This document shows, piece by piece, positions 40,770 through 49,581 of a stretch of DNA of 64,000 bases. The notes beneath the pieces are model-generated. The model did no database searches. It had not been told where the DNA came from and worked only from the letters and a program-made list of their open reading frames with translations. Numbering within the stretch: position 1 is the stretch's first letter; every line of letters starts with the position of its first letter. The stretch comes from Acidimicrobiaceae bacterium (GTDB taxonomy: Bacteria; Actinomycetota; Acidimicrobiia; Acidimicrobiales; RAAP-2): positions 7,711 through 71,710 of the forward strand of contig DAIEHI010000167.1 in assembly GCA_027355725.1 (NCBI GenBank). Reading direction: 5' to 3'. The position numbers and the translations under genes were made by a program.

Positions 40770-41762
40770 TCATGATGTGGGCTGCTTTGCGCCGTAGGTC
40801 TCGACCTGGCTGTAAGGAGTCACGTTGCCGTCGATGTAGTAACCACCGGCCGCACCGTTCGCGTCAGGTACGTAGGTCCAAGCGAATGGAGGCAGGTTCT
40901 TCGTGTTCGCAGCGTTCGCCGCCTCGGTCGAGGTAGCCCAGTTCTGGAAGTCACTCGGAGTGACGACCTTGCCGTAGTTGAACATCGCTCCGTGCCAGAT
41001 ACCGCAGAGCTCACTGCATCGAACTGTGAAGTTGCCCAACTGATCGGTCTTGGCGTATGCCACGTCGTTCTGCTGAGGATTGGCATCGGCCTTCACGCTC
41101 AACTGATACGCCCAGAAACTGTGGATCACGTCGAGTGAGGTCACGTTGAACGCAATTTCAGTGTTGTTGGGGATGATCAACTTGGGTGACTCGAACCCAC
41201 CGAACTGAGGGTAACGGTAGGTGAACTGCCACTGCTGTCCGATGACCTGGACCACGAGGACTTGGTTGCTGCCCGGTGTCCACGACGCAGACGACGTGAG
41301 CGCAGCTGTCTCAGCCTTGGCAGACCCAGCGGGCATCCATACCGGGTTGGGGCCTTCGCCACCACCCGAGCCCTTGCCACCAATGAGGGCAACCGTACCG
41401 AAACCTGCGAGGAACAGAACGATCACCGACGTCACAACTATCCATGACACCTGTGCCTTCAGGTTCCCGCGAGCTGCTGGACCACCAATCGGTTCCGGTA
41501 CACCTGCGCGCTTGGCGCTCCAGTTGACGATTGCGTATCCCATGTAGACCCACACACCGATGAGCACCGGAAAGGCCATCAAGAACAACACGTTGAAGTC
41601 GAACTGGTTCGCTCGTGCGGTGTCGGTCATGGTCCCTGGCGGCACGTGAGGTGCGATCCAGAACATGAACAGCAGGTCAGCGGCTACCGACAGGATGATC
41701 CAAATCGTGGCCATCCGACGAAGGTGATGTGTCTCTTTTTTCATTGAATTCTCCGTGGACAT
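40770..41762 (-). CDS. ctaC: Heme-copper oxidase subunit II with CuA site
   Basis: 2 TM, GQQWQFTYRY, DVIHSFW, CSELCGIWHGAM. Confidence 0.94.
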   Translation of the reverse strand: MSTENSMKKETHHLRRMATIWIILSVAADLLFMFWIAPHVPPGTMTDTARANQFDFNVLFLMAFPVLIGVWVYMGYAIVNWSAKRAGVPEPIGGPAARGNLKAQVSWIVVTSVIVLFLAGFGTVALIGGKGSGGGEGPNPVWMPAGSAKAETAALTSSASWTPGSNQVLVVQVIGQQWQFTYRYPQFGGFESPKLIIPNNTEIAFNVTSLDVIHSFWAYQLSVKADANPQQNDVAYAKTDQLGNFTVRCSELCGIWHGAMFNYGKVVTPSDFQNWATSTEAANAANTKNLPPFAWTYVPDANGAAGGYYIDGNVTPYSQVETYGAKQPTS

Positions 41763-41764
41763 AA

Positions 41765-42448
41765 TTAGCGAACCACCTCAAGGAATCCACCCATGTAGTT
41801 CTGGGTAGACATACCGCCACCGTTGCCGTAGAGGTAGCCCAAGCCGCATGGCACAAAGCACTGCCATCGGTAACTACCTGCGGCACCCGTGCGGAAACTG
41901 AACGTCACCGTTCGGTGAGGCTGATTGACGTGACACGGTGCGACGCCACACAGCGTCGCGTTGCCGTTCACGCCCGCCAGAGGTACGTAGACACCGAGTG
42001 ACGGGACCGCGAATGTGTGGCCAACACCATCACCGGTGTTCGAGTTGTAGTTCGAGAAACTCGTGCCGTCAAGCGTTGCCTTGCCGTTCGTGGTACCAAG
42101 CACTTGGCCAAGCTGCTGATTACGCAGTGGGCTACCACTGTCGTAGTTGTAGATGGTCATGTTGATCGTGGTATTGGCCGGAAGCTTCCACGTGGTGTCC
42201 TGCACCCACTTACCGGTTGTCGGGTCCTTCACCAGGTACGACACCCACGTTGGGTGGGGGCCGAAGCCAATCGATCCCACGGTCTGGGCCGTTATGTTCA
42301 CGGCCTGTCCCGGCGCGTGCGTCTTGGTGAAGTCCATAACACCTCCAGGTGTGCCTGGTGTCAAGAACGCCGCAACGCTCCAGACAATCAGACCAACCGC
42401 AACCAAGAAGAGCCCGAGAACCGTCGCCAGTCTCCCTCTCATTGACAT
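41765..42448 (-). CDS. Membrane-anchored cupredoxin-like protein with non-canonical ligand loop
   Basis: AAGGAG RBS; N-terminal TM; LPANTTINMTIYNYD, GHTF, GSYRWQCFVPCG...GGGM.....M. Confidence 0.8.
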   Translation of the reverse strand: MSMRGRLATVLGLFLVAVGLIVWSVAAFLTPGTPGGVMDFTKTHAPGQAVNITAQTVGSIGFGPHPTWVSYLVKDPTTGKWVQDTTWKLPANTTINMTIYNYDSGSPLRNQQLGQVLGTTNGKATLDGTSFSNYNSNTGDGVGHTFAVPSLGVYVPLAGVNGNATLCGVAPCHVNQPHRTVTFSFRTGAAGSYRWQCFVPCGLGYLYGNGGGMSTQNYMGGFLEVVR

Positions 42449-42527
42449 ACACCACTCCTTGCGATTCACTGTCCCTTAATGAACTCAGGTACGAATGTAA
42501 CGGAACGGTTCACTAAAGTTAAGGTTT

Positions 42528-42847
42528 GTGACACAGGGAACTAAGAGAATTCTTGGAATCCACCTGGGTCTGGTGCTGGCGCAGCTCATATGTGTGAGTG
42601 CATTTGCGATAGAGCTCGAGCGCGCGCTGCACGGAAACTCACTCTCGTGGGCCTACGTTTTTGAGTGGCCGATCTTCTCCGGCTACGCCATCTACATGTG
42701 GCAAAAGCTATTAAAACAAGAGCGTTTGGGAGACGACGCGAACACCGCGACACCTGATCGCGACGATGATCCGGCCCTCGATCGCTTCAACGAATTCCTT
42801 CGCCAAGTGCACGACAAAACTCCTCCGGAGCCGCCGAACGAATCCTG
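42528..42847 (+). CDS. Small 2-TM protein (SURF1-like motifs), paralog 2
   Basis: FAIELERALHGNSLSWAYVFEWP. Confidence 0.75.
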
Positions 42848-42887
42848 AAAGTCTTTTCAACTTTAAGGTCCGAGAACGTTGACAATC

Positions 42888-44606
42888 TCAGTGGACGCCC
42901 TCGAGTGAGAGGAGCGCCTTCAGTTCACTCACCGCCGACGAGGTCCCCGACGCCGAAGCGATGGGGTCATCAGGCACGATCCAGTGGGTGCGCGCCGAGG
43001 GCGTGATGATAAACATCAGGTCAGAGTGAACGCTCATCTTGTCTGTTGGTTTCATGCTGACCGACACCCCGAAATTACGCCACACAGTGCGAACCTTTGC
43101 CAGTTGGCCGGTCACGAAGTAGAAATTCCTCACATTGTCCAAGCCGTGCTGCTTCATGAAATGGCGCACATCCGCCAATGTCTCATGGTACGGATCTGCT
43201 GCTACCGCGACGATGTCCAGGTTCGCGTTGAGCGAGAGCTGTGATCGAAGTTGCGCTAGTTGGTTGGCCAGTAATGGGCAGTCTGTCCAGCAATGCGGAT
43301 CAAGGAAGGTCAAGAGCGTGACGCGACCTTTGTGTTCGCCCAATGTGAAGGGCCGACCATACTGATTGGTCAGGGTGAAGGTCTTTGCCGGGAGATCAAC
43401 GGCTGACGCTGAGCCGTTTTGGGCAAGAAAGAGCGTGTTTTCAGCGCTGGCTGACGTGGCGAGCCCCATCGAGACCGCGGCGAAGATCAACATAGATGAC
43501 GCAAAGGTGGCGACCACCGCGCTCGTGGCACTCGTCAGTTCTCGTGGCATGTATCGCTGTGTCAGAGCGGTCTCTTCTCTCGGAGCGGCACACCAGGCGA
43601 GAAGCGCCAAGGGGATGAGCGAGTTCACGTCGGTGGCGACGCCGCCAAAGATGGCGGTGTCTTCGCCAATGACCCAAAAGACCACAGCGCCAGCAATCAA
43701 GGTCCACACGGGCCAGCGCCATGCGCGACTTCGCGCCATCCATAGTCCCACTGCGCTCACCATGAGCCACAAGATCACGATGATGTTGAATCCACCGCCC
43801 ATCGTCGCTGCGATTGATCCTCCACCGCGCACGATTGCCGCCAACCAGTGCGGCTGGGCGATGGCACTCATGGAACGCGTCATCTGAGCGAGCGCGTTGG
43901 TGGGTCCACCGTGCCAGAATTCAGTCGACGGCAACGCTTGAAGAAACGCACCAATCACCAGCAGCACGCTCAGTGTCCTCAGCGTCAGACGAGAGAACAA
44001 CGCGAGGAATTGGCGTTGTTCGAGCGACAACGCAATTCCCGCAATGACGTAGAAGAAGGTTGCGCCCGGCCACCCAAAAAGAAGTGACGCCCCCGAGATG
44101 AAAACACCACCCGCACCGTTACCAACGAGCCAGATCAGTCCAGCCCAGGCAGCCGAGACGGCCCCGGCGATTCGACTGGTGCGACCGCGGGCCACCAGGA
44201 TCACCAGTCCGAGACCAATCTGAAACCACGCGACACCGACCGCGAGGGTGATTGGATGGCTGTTCCACACCGAGATGCCGTGCAACATCAGCGCGTGGAG
44301 CCACGATGGCGTCCCCACTGCTGCGGGAGCGACAACATTGTTCGCGAGCCCAAGCGGCATTGAAGGCTGGAACTGCAGGATCCCGTCAATAAGCCACAGC
44401 ACACCGAATGACCAGCGTAAGTACGTACGAGATCGCGGTTCGCTTATGTCCTCGGGCGCAAGGTTGAAGGCGAAAATCCGCCGCGTCGACATAAGGAGGG
44501 CGAGCAGAACAATCGCAATCCCCCCCACCCAAAGAATGCTGGTGACGTAGAGCGCGTGATGGAAGATTGCGATGATATTGGCCAAATCGAGGGGCCGTCG
44601 ACTCAT
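42888..44606 (-). CDS. Polytopic membrane protein fused to a C-terminal SCO domain
   Basis: About 10 TM with an internal duplication; FTLTNQYG, FLDPHCWTDCP, SVHSD. Confidence 0.85.
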   Translation of the reverse strand: MSRRPLDLANIIAIFHHALYVTSILWVGGIAIVLLALLMSTRRIFAFNLAPEDISEPRSRTYLRWSFGVLWLIDGILQFQPSMPLGLANNVVAPAAVGTPSWLHALMLHGISVWNSHPITLAVGVAWFQIGLGLVILVARGRTSRIAGAVSAAWAGLIWLVGNGAGGVFISGASLLFGWPGATFFYVIAGIALSLEQRQFLALFSRLTLRTLSVLLVIGAFLQALPSTEFWHGGPTNALAQMTRSMSAIAQPHWLAAIVRGGGSIAATMGGGFNIIVILWLMVSAVGLWMARSRAWRWPVWTLIAGAVVFWVIGEDTAIFGGVATDVNSLIPLALLAWCAAPREETALTQRYMPRELTSATSAVVATFASSMLIFAAVSMGLATSASAENTLFLAQNGSASAVDLPAKTFTLTNQYGRPFTLGEHKGRVTLLTFLDPHCWTDCPLLANQLAQLRSQLSLNANLDIVAVAADPYHETLADVRHFMKQHGLDNVRNFYFVTGQLAKVRTVWRNFGVSVSMKPTDKMSVHSDLMFIITPSARTHWIVPDDPIASASGTSSAVSELKALLSLEGVH

Positions 44607-44644
44607 TCCAGGAATGACGTACCTCCTTGATCAACCACGAAGAT

Positions 44645-45043
44645 CTAGCCTAGGTCGCTCACGCACGCGGCTAAGACGCCGTTCACGAAAGAAGCCGATC
44701 CTTCGGTTGAATACACCTTGGCCAGTTCCACCGCTTCGTCGAGCACCACCGCCGTCGGCGGTGGATCATCGAGCAACAGCTCGCCAATCGCCATCGTGAG
44801 AATCAATCGATCAATCAGTGCGAGGCGTTCGAGAGTCCAATCTTGAAGGTGACGGACTATGAGTCCTTCGGCACGGCTGCGGTGTTCCTCAGACGCCAGA
44901 GCGACGGCCACCGTATAGGGATCAGGTGCGAGCGCTAGGTTCTGGATGATTTGGACGACCGGACGTTCCTTGATGGACGCTTCGTACAGGATCTCCAAAG
45001 CCCGCTCACGCGCCAGGTGGCGCTGAGTGCCGAGCTCGCCCAC
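44645..45043 (-). CDS. nusB: Transcription antitermination factor NusB
   Basis: RHLARERALEILYE, WTLERL..IDR, EAVELAK.YS, FVNGVL. Confidence 0.95.
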   Translation of the reverse strand: MGELGTQRHLARERALEILYEASIKERPVVQIIQNLALAPDPYTVAVALASEEHRSRAEGLIVRHLQDWTLERLALIDRLILTMAIGELLLDDPPPTAVVLDEAVELAKVYSTEGSASFVNGVLAACVSDLG

Positions 45044-45044
45044 C

Positions 45045-45608
45045 CTAGGCTCGGGTCATGTATTCGCCGGTGCGCGTATCGACCTTGATTGTCTCGCCCG
45101 GTCCCACAAAGAGCGGTACCTGAACAACAAAACCGGTCTCCAAGGTGGCAGGCTTTCGAGCGCCTGAGACGCGATCACCCTGAATACCTGGCTCAGTCTC
45201 GCTAATGGTCAACTCCACCGACGCCGGTAACTCAATTCCAATGATCTCGTCGTTGTGGGTGATGAGCATGGCCTTACCCGTCTCTTTCAAGAAATTCGCC
45301 GCGTCTCCGAGATTTTTCGACGACACCGGTACCTGGTCGTAGGTCGTCTGGTCCATGAAGATGTAGTCGTCACCATCGCGGTAGAGATATTGGGTGTCTC
45401 GCTTGTCAATGATGGCCTGCTCGAGTCGTTCGTCGGAACGATACGTGCGTTCGATTACAGCGCCCGAACGAGCATTGCGCAGTTTGGTGCGCACAAAAGC
45501 GCCCCCCTTGCCCGGCTTCACGTGTTGGAACTCAATCACGGTGAAGAGACCTTCGTCAATCTTCAGAGTTATGCCGTTCTTGATGTCGGATGTTGAAATG
45601 GCGGCCAT
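45045..45608 (-). CDS. efp: Elongation factor P
   Basis: HVKPGKGGAFVRTK, KPATLETG, KVDTRTGEY. Confidence 0.98.
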   Translation of the reverse strand: MAAISTSDIKNGITLKIDEGLFTVIEFQHVKPGKGGAFVRTKLRNARSGAVIERTYRSDERLEQAIIDKRDTQYLYRDGDDYIFMDQTTYDQVPVSSKNLGDAANFLKETGKAMLITHNDEIIGIELPASVELTISETEPGIQGDRVSGARKPATLETGFVVQVPLFVGPGETIKVDTRTGEYMTRA

Positions 45609-45671
45609 GAGCCCAGGAACCTTTCGAGAAAGTAGCGTTGCCCATTCTAGGCAGCCTCGCCACGACCCCTC

Positions 45672-46115
45672 CTACGGCGTCGTCAACAGTCCCTCCACCG
45701 CGTCGAGCGCCAAGGAGTAACTGAGCGCGCCGAAACCGGCAATCGAACCGTTCACGACCCCCGCCAGCGTGCTCACGTGTCGAAATGGCTCACGAGCGGC
45801 GGGGTTTGAGAGGTGGACCTCGATCTTCGCGCCCTCAAACATCGCCAGGGCGTCGGCGAGGGCCCATGAGCTGTGCGTCAAGGCACCCGCGTTCACCACT
45901 ATGGCTACGGAGTGCCCCCGCGCTGCGTGCACCGCTTCGATGAGATCACCTTCGAAATTCGATTGAAGGTGTCGCACGCTATAGCCCAGTTCCTCCGCTG
46001 CGTGGGTGAAGCGCTCCACGTGCTCGAACAAGGTGGACGTCCCATAGATCTCGGGGCTGCGCGAACCGAGTTGATCCAGGTTCGGACCCGACAACAGCAG
46101 GATTTCCTTCGTCAC
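45672..46115 (-). CDS. aroQ: Type II 3-dehydroquinate dehydratase
   Basis: GPNL..LG.R.PEIYG, QSNFEG, EVHLSNP..RE.FRH. Confidence 0.95.
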   Translation of the reverse strand: MTKEILLLSGPNLDQLGSRSPEIYGTSTLFEHVERFTHAAEELGYSVRHLQSNFEGDLIEAVHAARGHSVAIVVNAGALTHSSWALADALAMFEGAKIEVHLSNPAAREPFRHVSTLAGVVNGSIAGFGALSYSLALDAVEGLLTTP

Positions 46116-47158
46116 GCTTCACCTCGAAAGCTCTCTAGCACCCGCACAACCGTCTCGGGATCGACCCCTGGCACGACCTCAAACCCCCCCTGGCCCGCCA
46201 GTACGAATGTGAGGTCGTGATGGGCTTTCTTATCATGTCCCATGGCCCGCACTATGTCCATCGTGTCGAGGTCGTCGGGCACACTTCTATGGAGCCCGAG
46301 TTGGTCAAGGACCGTATCGTGGGCCACAATGGCGTCGGCGTCGACCCTGCCAAGTGCGTAGGCGAGTCGCGCGGCGTACGCCAGTCCGATGCCGACCGCT
46401 TCACCGTGGCGCAGTTCGTCGGTGTCTCGTTGCAGTGCCAGAGCCTCAATCGCGTGGGCCAAGGTATGTCCATAGTTCAACAAGGCGCGACGACCATTCT
46501 CGAGCTCGTCGCTTGCAACGATGGCGGCCTTTAAGCGCACACTCATCTCGATGAGTTCAAAGAGTGAAGTCGTATCCAAGTCGCTCACGTCTCGTTGCTC
46601 GAGGAGCCAGCACTTGGCGATTTCACCCATTCCACTCAAGCGCTCGCGTTCTGGCAGGCTCTCGAGCGTTTCAAAATCACAGAACACCCCAAGGGGCTGG
46701 TGGAAGGCCCCGACCAGGTTCTTGCCAGCGGCGAGGTTGATAGCGGTCTTGCCGCCGATGGCCGCGTCAACTTGACCAACGAGTGACGTCGCCACATGCA
46801 CCACGTCGATGCCGCGCAAGTACACCGCAGCACCAAATCCGGCCATGTCCGTGATTGCACCCCCGCCGACGCTCAGAATCACATCATCACGTGAGAGTCT
46901 GAGATCCGCCAGATTCTCACACAGTGCCTCGAGCGCGGAGAAGTTCTTCGCGGCCTCACCTTCTGGAACCTCGAGTACCGAGAGTCCGTCGTCAACGAAG
47001 TCAAACCACGCCTGGCGGCGCAACGATGTGGAGGTCACCACCACTACGGTCTTGGTCCGCGGGCGGGCGCGGCGAATGAACTCCAACACGCCGTGACGCA
47101 CGCCTTGGCCGAGTACGACATCATACGAGCGGTCCTTCAGAGCGATCTGTACGTTCAC
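46112..47158 (-). CDS. aroB: 3-dehydroquinate synthase
   Basis: GGGAITD, DAAIGGKT, KNLVGAFHQP, LNYGHT, HGEAV. Confidence 0.95.
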   Translation of the reverse strand: MNVQIALKDRSYDVVLGQGVRHGVLEFIRRARPRTKTVVVVTSTSLRRQAWFDFVDDGLSVLEVPEGEAAKNFSALEALCENLADLRLSRDDVILSVGGGAITDMAGFGAAVYLRGIDVVHVATSLVGQVDAAIGGKTAINLAAGKNLVGAFHQPLGVFCDFETLESLPERERLSGMGEIAKCWLLEQRDVSDLDTTSLFELIEMSVRLKAAIVASDELENGRRALLNYGHTLAHAIEALALQRDTDELRHGEAVGIGLAYAARLAYALGRVDADAIVAHDTVLDQLGLHRSVPDDLDTMDIVRAMGHDKKAHHDLTFVLAGQGGFEVVPGVDPETVVRVLESFRGEA

Positions 47159-47655
47159 TTCTCCACTTTCTGTGCCGCAGCGAGAACACGCTCGGTGACT
47201 TCTTCAAGTGTCCCCGATGCGTCAATTCGCTCACGTGATACCTCGCGGTACCACCCAACTCGTTGATCGCGAAGCCGCTCGAGTGCCTCGCGGGGATCAT
47301 CTGTCAGCAGCGGACGATCGTCTTCGCCCAGACGCTGCATCAGCACCTCCACGTCACAGTCAAGCCAGTATGTGCGTTCACGCTCGAGCAGCTTGCGCGC
47401 CGACAGCGTCGTCACGATGCCACCGCCCGTCGAGACGACCGCGTCTGAGTTGAGCGCCTCACGAAGCGCCTCGAGCTCTTCGTCACGAAAAGCGGTCTCT
47501 CCCTGCAGGCGAAGGTACTGCGCCGCCGGACAACCCAGTCGCTCGCTCATCAGAGCATCAGTGTCAACATGGACGCAGTGCCACGCGTCGGCCACCGCTC
47601 TTGCCACCGACGTCTTACCAGTGGCTGGGAGTCCGACGAGAACGAGTCGGGCCAT
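47155..47655 (-). CDS. aroK: Shikimate kinase
   Basis: GLPATGKT, GETAFR, STGGG, RPLL. Confidence 0.92.
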   Translation of the reverse strand: MARLVLVGLPATGKTSVARAVADAWHCVHVDTDALMSERLGCPAAQYLRLQGETAFRDEELEALREALNSDAVVSTGGGIVTTLSARKLLERERTYWLDCDVEVLMQRLGEDDRPLLTDDPREALERLRDQRVGWYREVSRERIDASGTLEEVTERVLAAAQKVEK

Positions 47656-47657
47656 GT

Positions 47658-48848
47658 CTAGTCGGGACGAGCGGAAGAAGACGTCGAACCCAGATTCTCG
47701 AGATAGCTCGAGTGGTTGCGACAGAACTCCTCGAGCGAATCACCCCCGAACTTACGTAACGCCTCGTTGGCGAGCACCAGTGACATCATGGCCTCGGCAA
47801 CGACACCGAGCGCAGGCACCGCGGTGACGTCCGTGCGTTCTTTGAACGAGACCGTAGATTCACCGGTCGCCACGTCCACTGTCTCGAGTACCGGTCGATT
47901 CAACGTCGCGAGGGGCTTCATCGCCAAGCGGGCGAGAACGGGCGAACCTGAGGTCATCCCACCTTCGAGCCCACCAGCATGATCCGAACGACGAATGAAA
48001 CCGCCGCCGCTCGTAAAATCCGGGTCGAGCGCGATGGCGTCGTGGGCGACGCTGCCACGCTGTGAGGCCTGCATCATGCCATCGCCGATCTCAACACCCT
48101 TCACGGCCTGGATGCTCATCAGCGCTCCCGCTAAAAGTCCATCGAGTTTGCGGTCCCAGTGCACGTAACTACCCAGACCCACCGGCACTCCATAGGCAAT
48201 CACCTCGACGATTCCGCCGAGCGAATCGCCCTCTTTCGCGCACGCTTTGATCTCACGGATCATGGCTGCGGTCGTCTCGTCGTCAAAGCAGCGCACTTCG
48301 CTCTCGTCGACCGTCGCTAGGTCCTCGGGCAGGGGCCGACGATCGCGCGGCGCGACAACCGGCCCGATCTGTACAACATGGCTGATGACCCGCACATCAA
48401 TTGAGGCGAGCAGGGCCTTCGCGAGCGCTCCGGCGGCAACACGCGCGGCAGTCTCTCGCGCACTCGCACGCTCAAGGACGTCACGCGCGTCGTCGAAGGC
48501 GTACTTCTGCATGCCCGCGAGGTCCGCGTGTCCGGGACGAGGCTTGGTCAGCTTGGTGCTCGGAGTGCCAGGCGACGGCGACATCTCTTGTTCCCACTTC
48601 GCCCACTCTGAGTTCAAGATCTCAATTGCCACTGGCGAGCCAAGAGTGCGCCCGTGGCGAATGCCACCGGTGAGCCTTAAGACGTCGCGCTCGAATCGCA
48701 TCCTCGGACCGCGGCCGTAGCCGAGTCGCCTGCGTGCGAGTTCGTCGACGATCTGTTCTTCTGAGACCGCTAGACCCGCGGGCAGCCCCTCAACGATGAC
48801 AGTAAGTGATGGTCCGTGGCTCTCACCAGCGGTTAGGAAGCGCAGCAT
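47658..48848 (-). CDS. aroC: Chorismate synthase
   Basis: [32 protein letters not shown]. Confidence 0.97.
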   Translation of the reverse strand: MLRFLTAGESHGPSLTVIVEGLPAGLAVSEEQIVDELARRRLGYGRGPRMRFERDVLRLTGGIRHGRTLGSPVAIEILNSEWAKWEQEMSPSPGTPSTKLTKPRPGHADLAGMQKYAFDDARDVLERASARETAARVAAGALAKALLASIDVRVISHVVQIGPVVAPRDRRPLPEDLATVDESEVRCFDDETTAAMIREIKACAKEGDSLGGIVEVIAYGVPVGLGSYVHWDRKLDGLLAGALMSIQAVKGVEIGDGMMQASQRGSVAHDAIALDPDFTSGGGFIRRSDHAGGLEGGMTSGSPVLARLAMKPLATLNRPVLETVDVATGESTVSFKERTDVTAVPALGVVAEAMMSLVLANEALRKFGGDSLEEFCRNHSSYLENLGSTSSSARPD

Positions 48849-48876
48849 CCGTTGATTCTAGATGCGCGTGCGCGCA

Positions 48877-49527
48877 CTATTCGTTAGCGTAAAAAGGATT
48901 AACACCTGATGCGTGGTCAGTGACGTCGATAACGCCCTCAAGTTCAGGTATCTCGTCGCGCAACGTCGCCTCGATGCCCTGAGAAAGTGTCATCCGGCTC
49001 ATCGCACACCCCTGGCAGCCACCCGACATCTTCACATAGGCAACCTTGTTCTTCTCGTCCAACGCCACGAGGTCAGCACGACCTCCGTGTGAGGCGATCG
49101 AGGGATTGATCTTCTCGTCAAGCACGCTCACCGCCAGGCTCGCCAGGGCTCCCTCGATGCCCAAGGCCAAAATATCTGCGGGCACTCCCGGATTGAGCTC
49201 CTCGGGACTTGGGGCGTTCGGATTCACGAGCACCAACCCACCGGCGCCATCTGAGGCGAACTCGAGTCGACTACCACGGAGTCGACTCACGCTCTTCGCG
49301 GGAATCACGATTGTGACGTCGCCGTCTTTGCCAATCGCAGCATCGTCTGGCGCATCAGAGAGATCTGAGAAGTAGAGGTCATAGGCGTACCCCGCACCTT
49401 GGGTGCCGGTCACCTCAACCCACAATCCCAAACCTGCGCTGTTCTCTTCATTGGCGAGCGCGTCGATTACGACGTTGCGCGCTTCATCAGTGAGCGTCAG
49501 GATGTCAAAAGTCTCGACGGTGGTCAT
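48877..49527 (-). CDS. NfuA-type Fe-S cluster carrier
   Basis: Degenerate A-type N-domain plus NifU domain INPSIASHGG...GGCQGC. Confidence 0.88.
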   Translation of the reverse strand: MTTVETFDILTLTDEARNVVIDALANEENSAGLGLWVEVTGTQGAGYAYDLYFSDLSDAPDDAAIGKDGDVTIVIPAKSVSRLRGSRLEFASDGAGGLVLVNPNAPSPEELNPGVPADILALGIEGALASLAVSVLDEKINPSIASHGGRADLVALDEKNKVAYVKMSGGCQGCAMSRMTLSQGIEATLRDEIPELEGVIDVTDHASGVNPFYANE

Positions 49528-49581
49528 GGCTTGAGTCTAGAGGTGACGCCGGAGATGTCTGACGCGAACTAAGTTCTGCCT

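Noticed and set aside
42474-42524. Imperfect inverted repeat (CCTTAA-TGAAC...GTTCA...TTAAGG) in the oxidase promoter region
   Set aside because: Arms are unevenly spaced in an AT-rich region; could be chance and no regulator can be assigned.
33780-44645. Mobile element boundaries for the oxidase block
   Set aside because: No integrase, transposase, tRNA or flanking direct repeats seen; insertion is inferred from gene order only.
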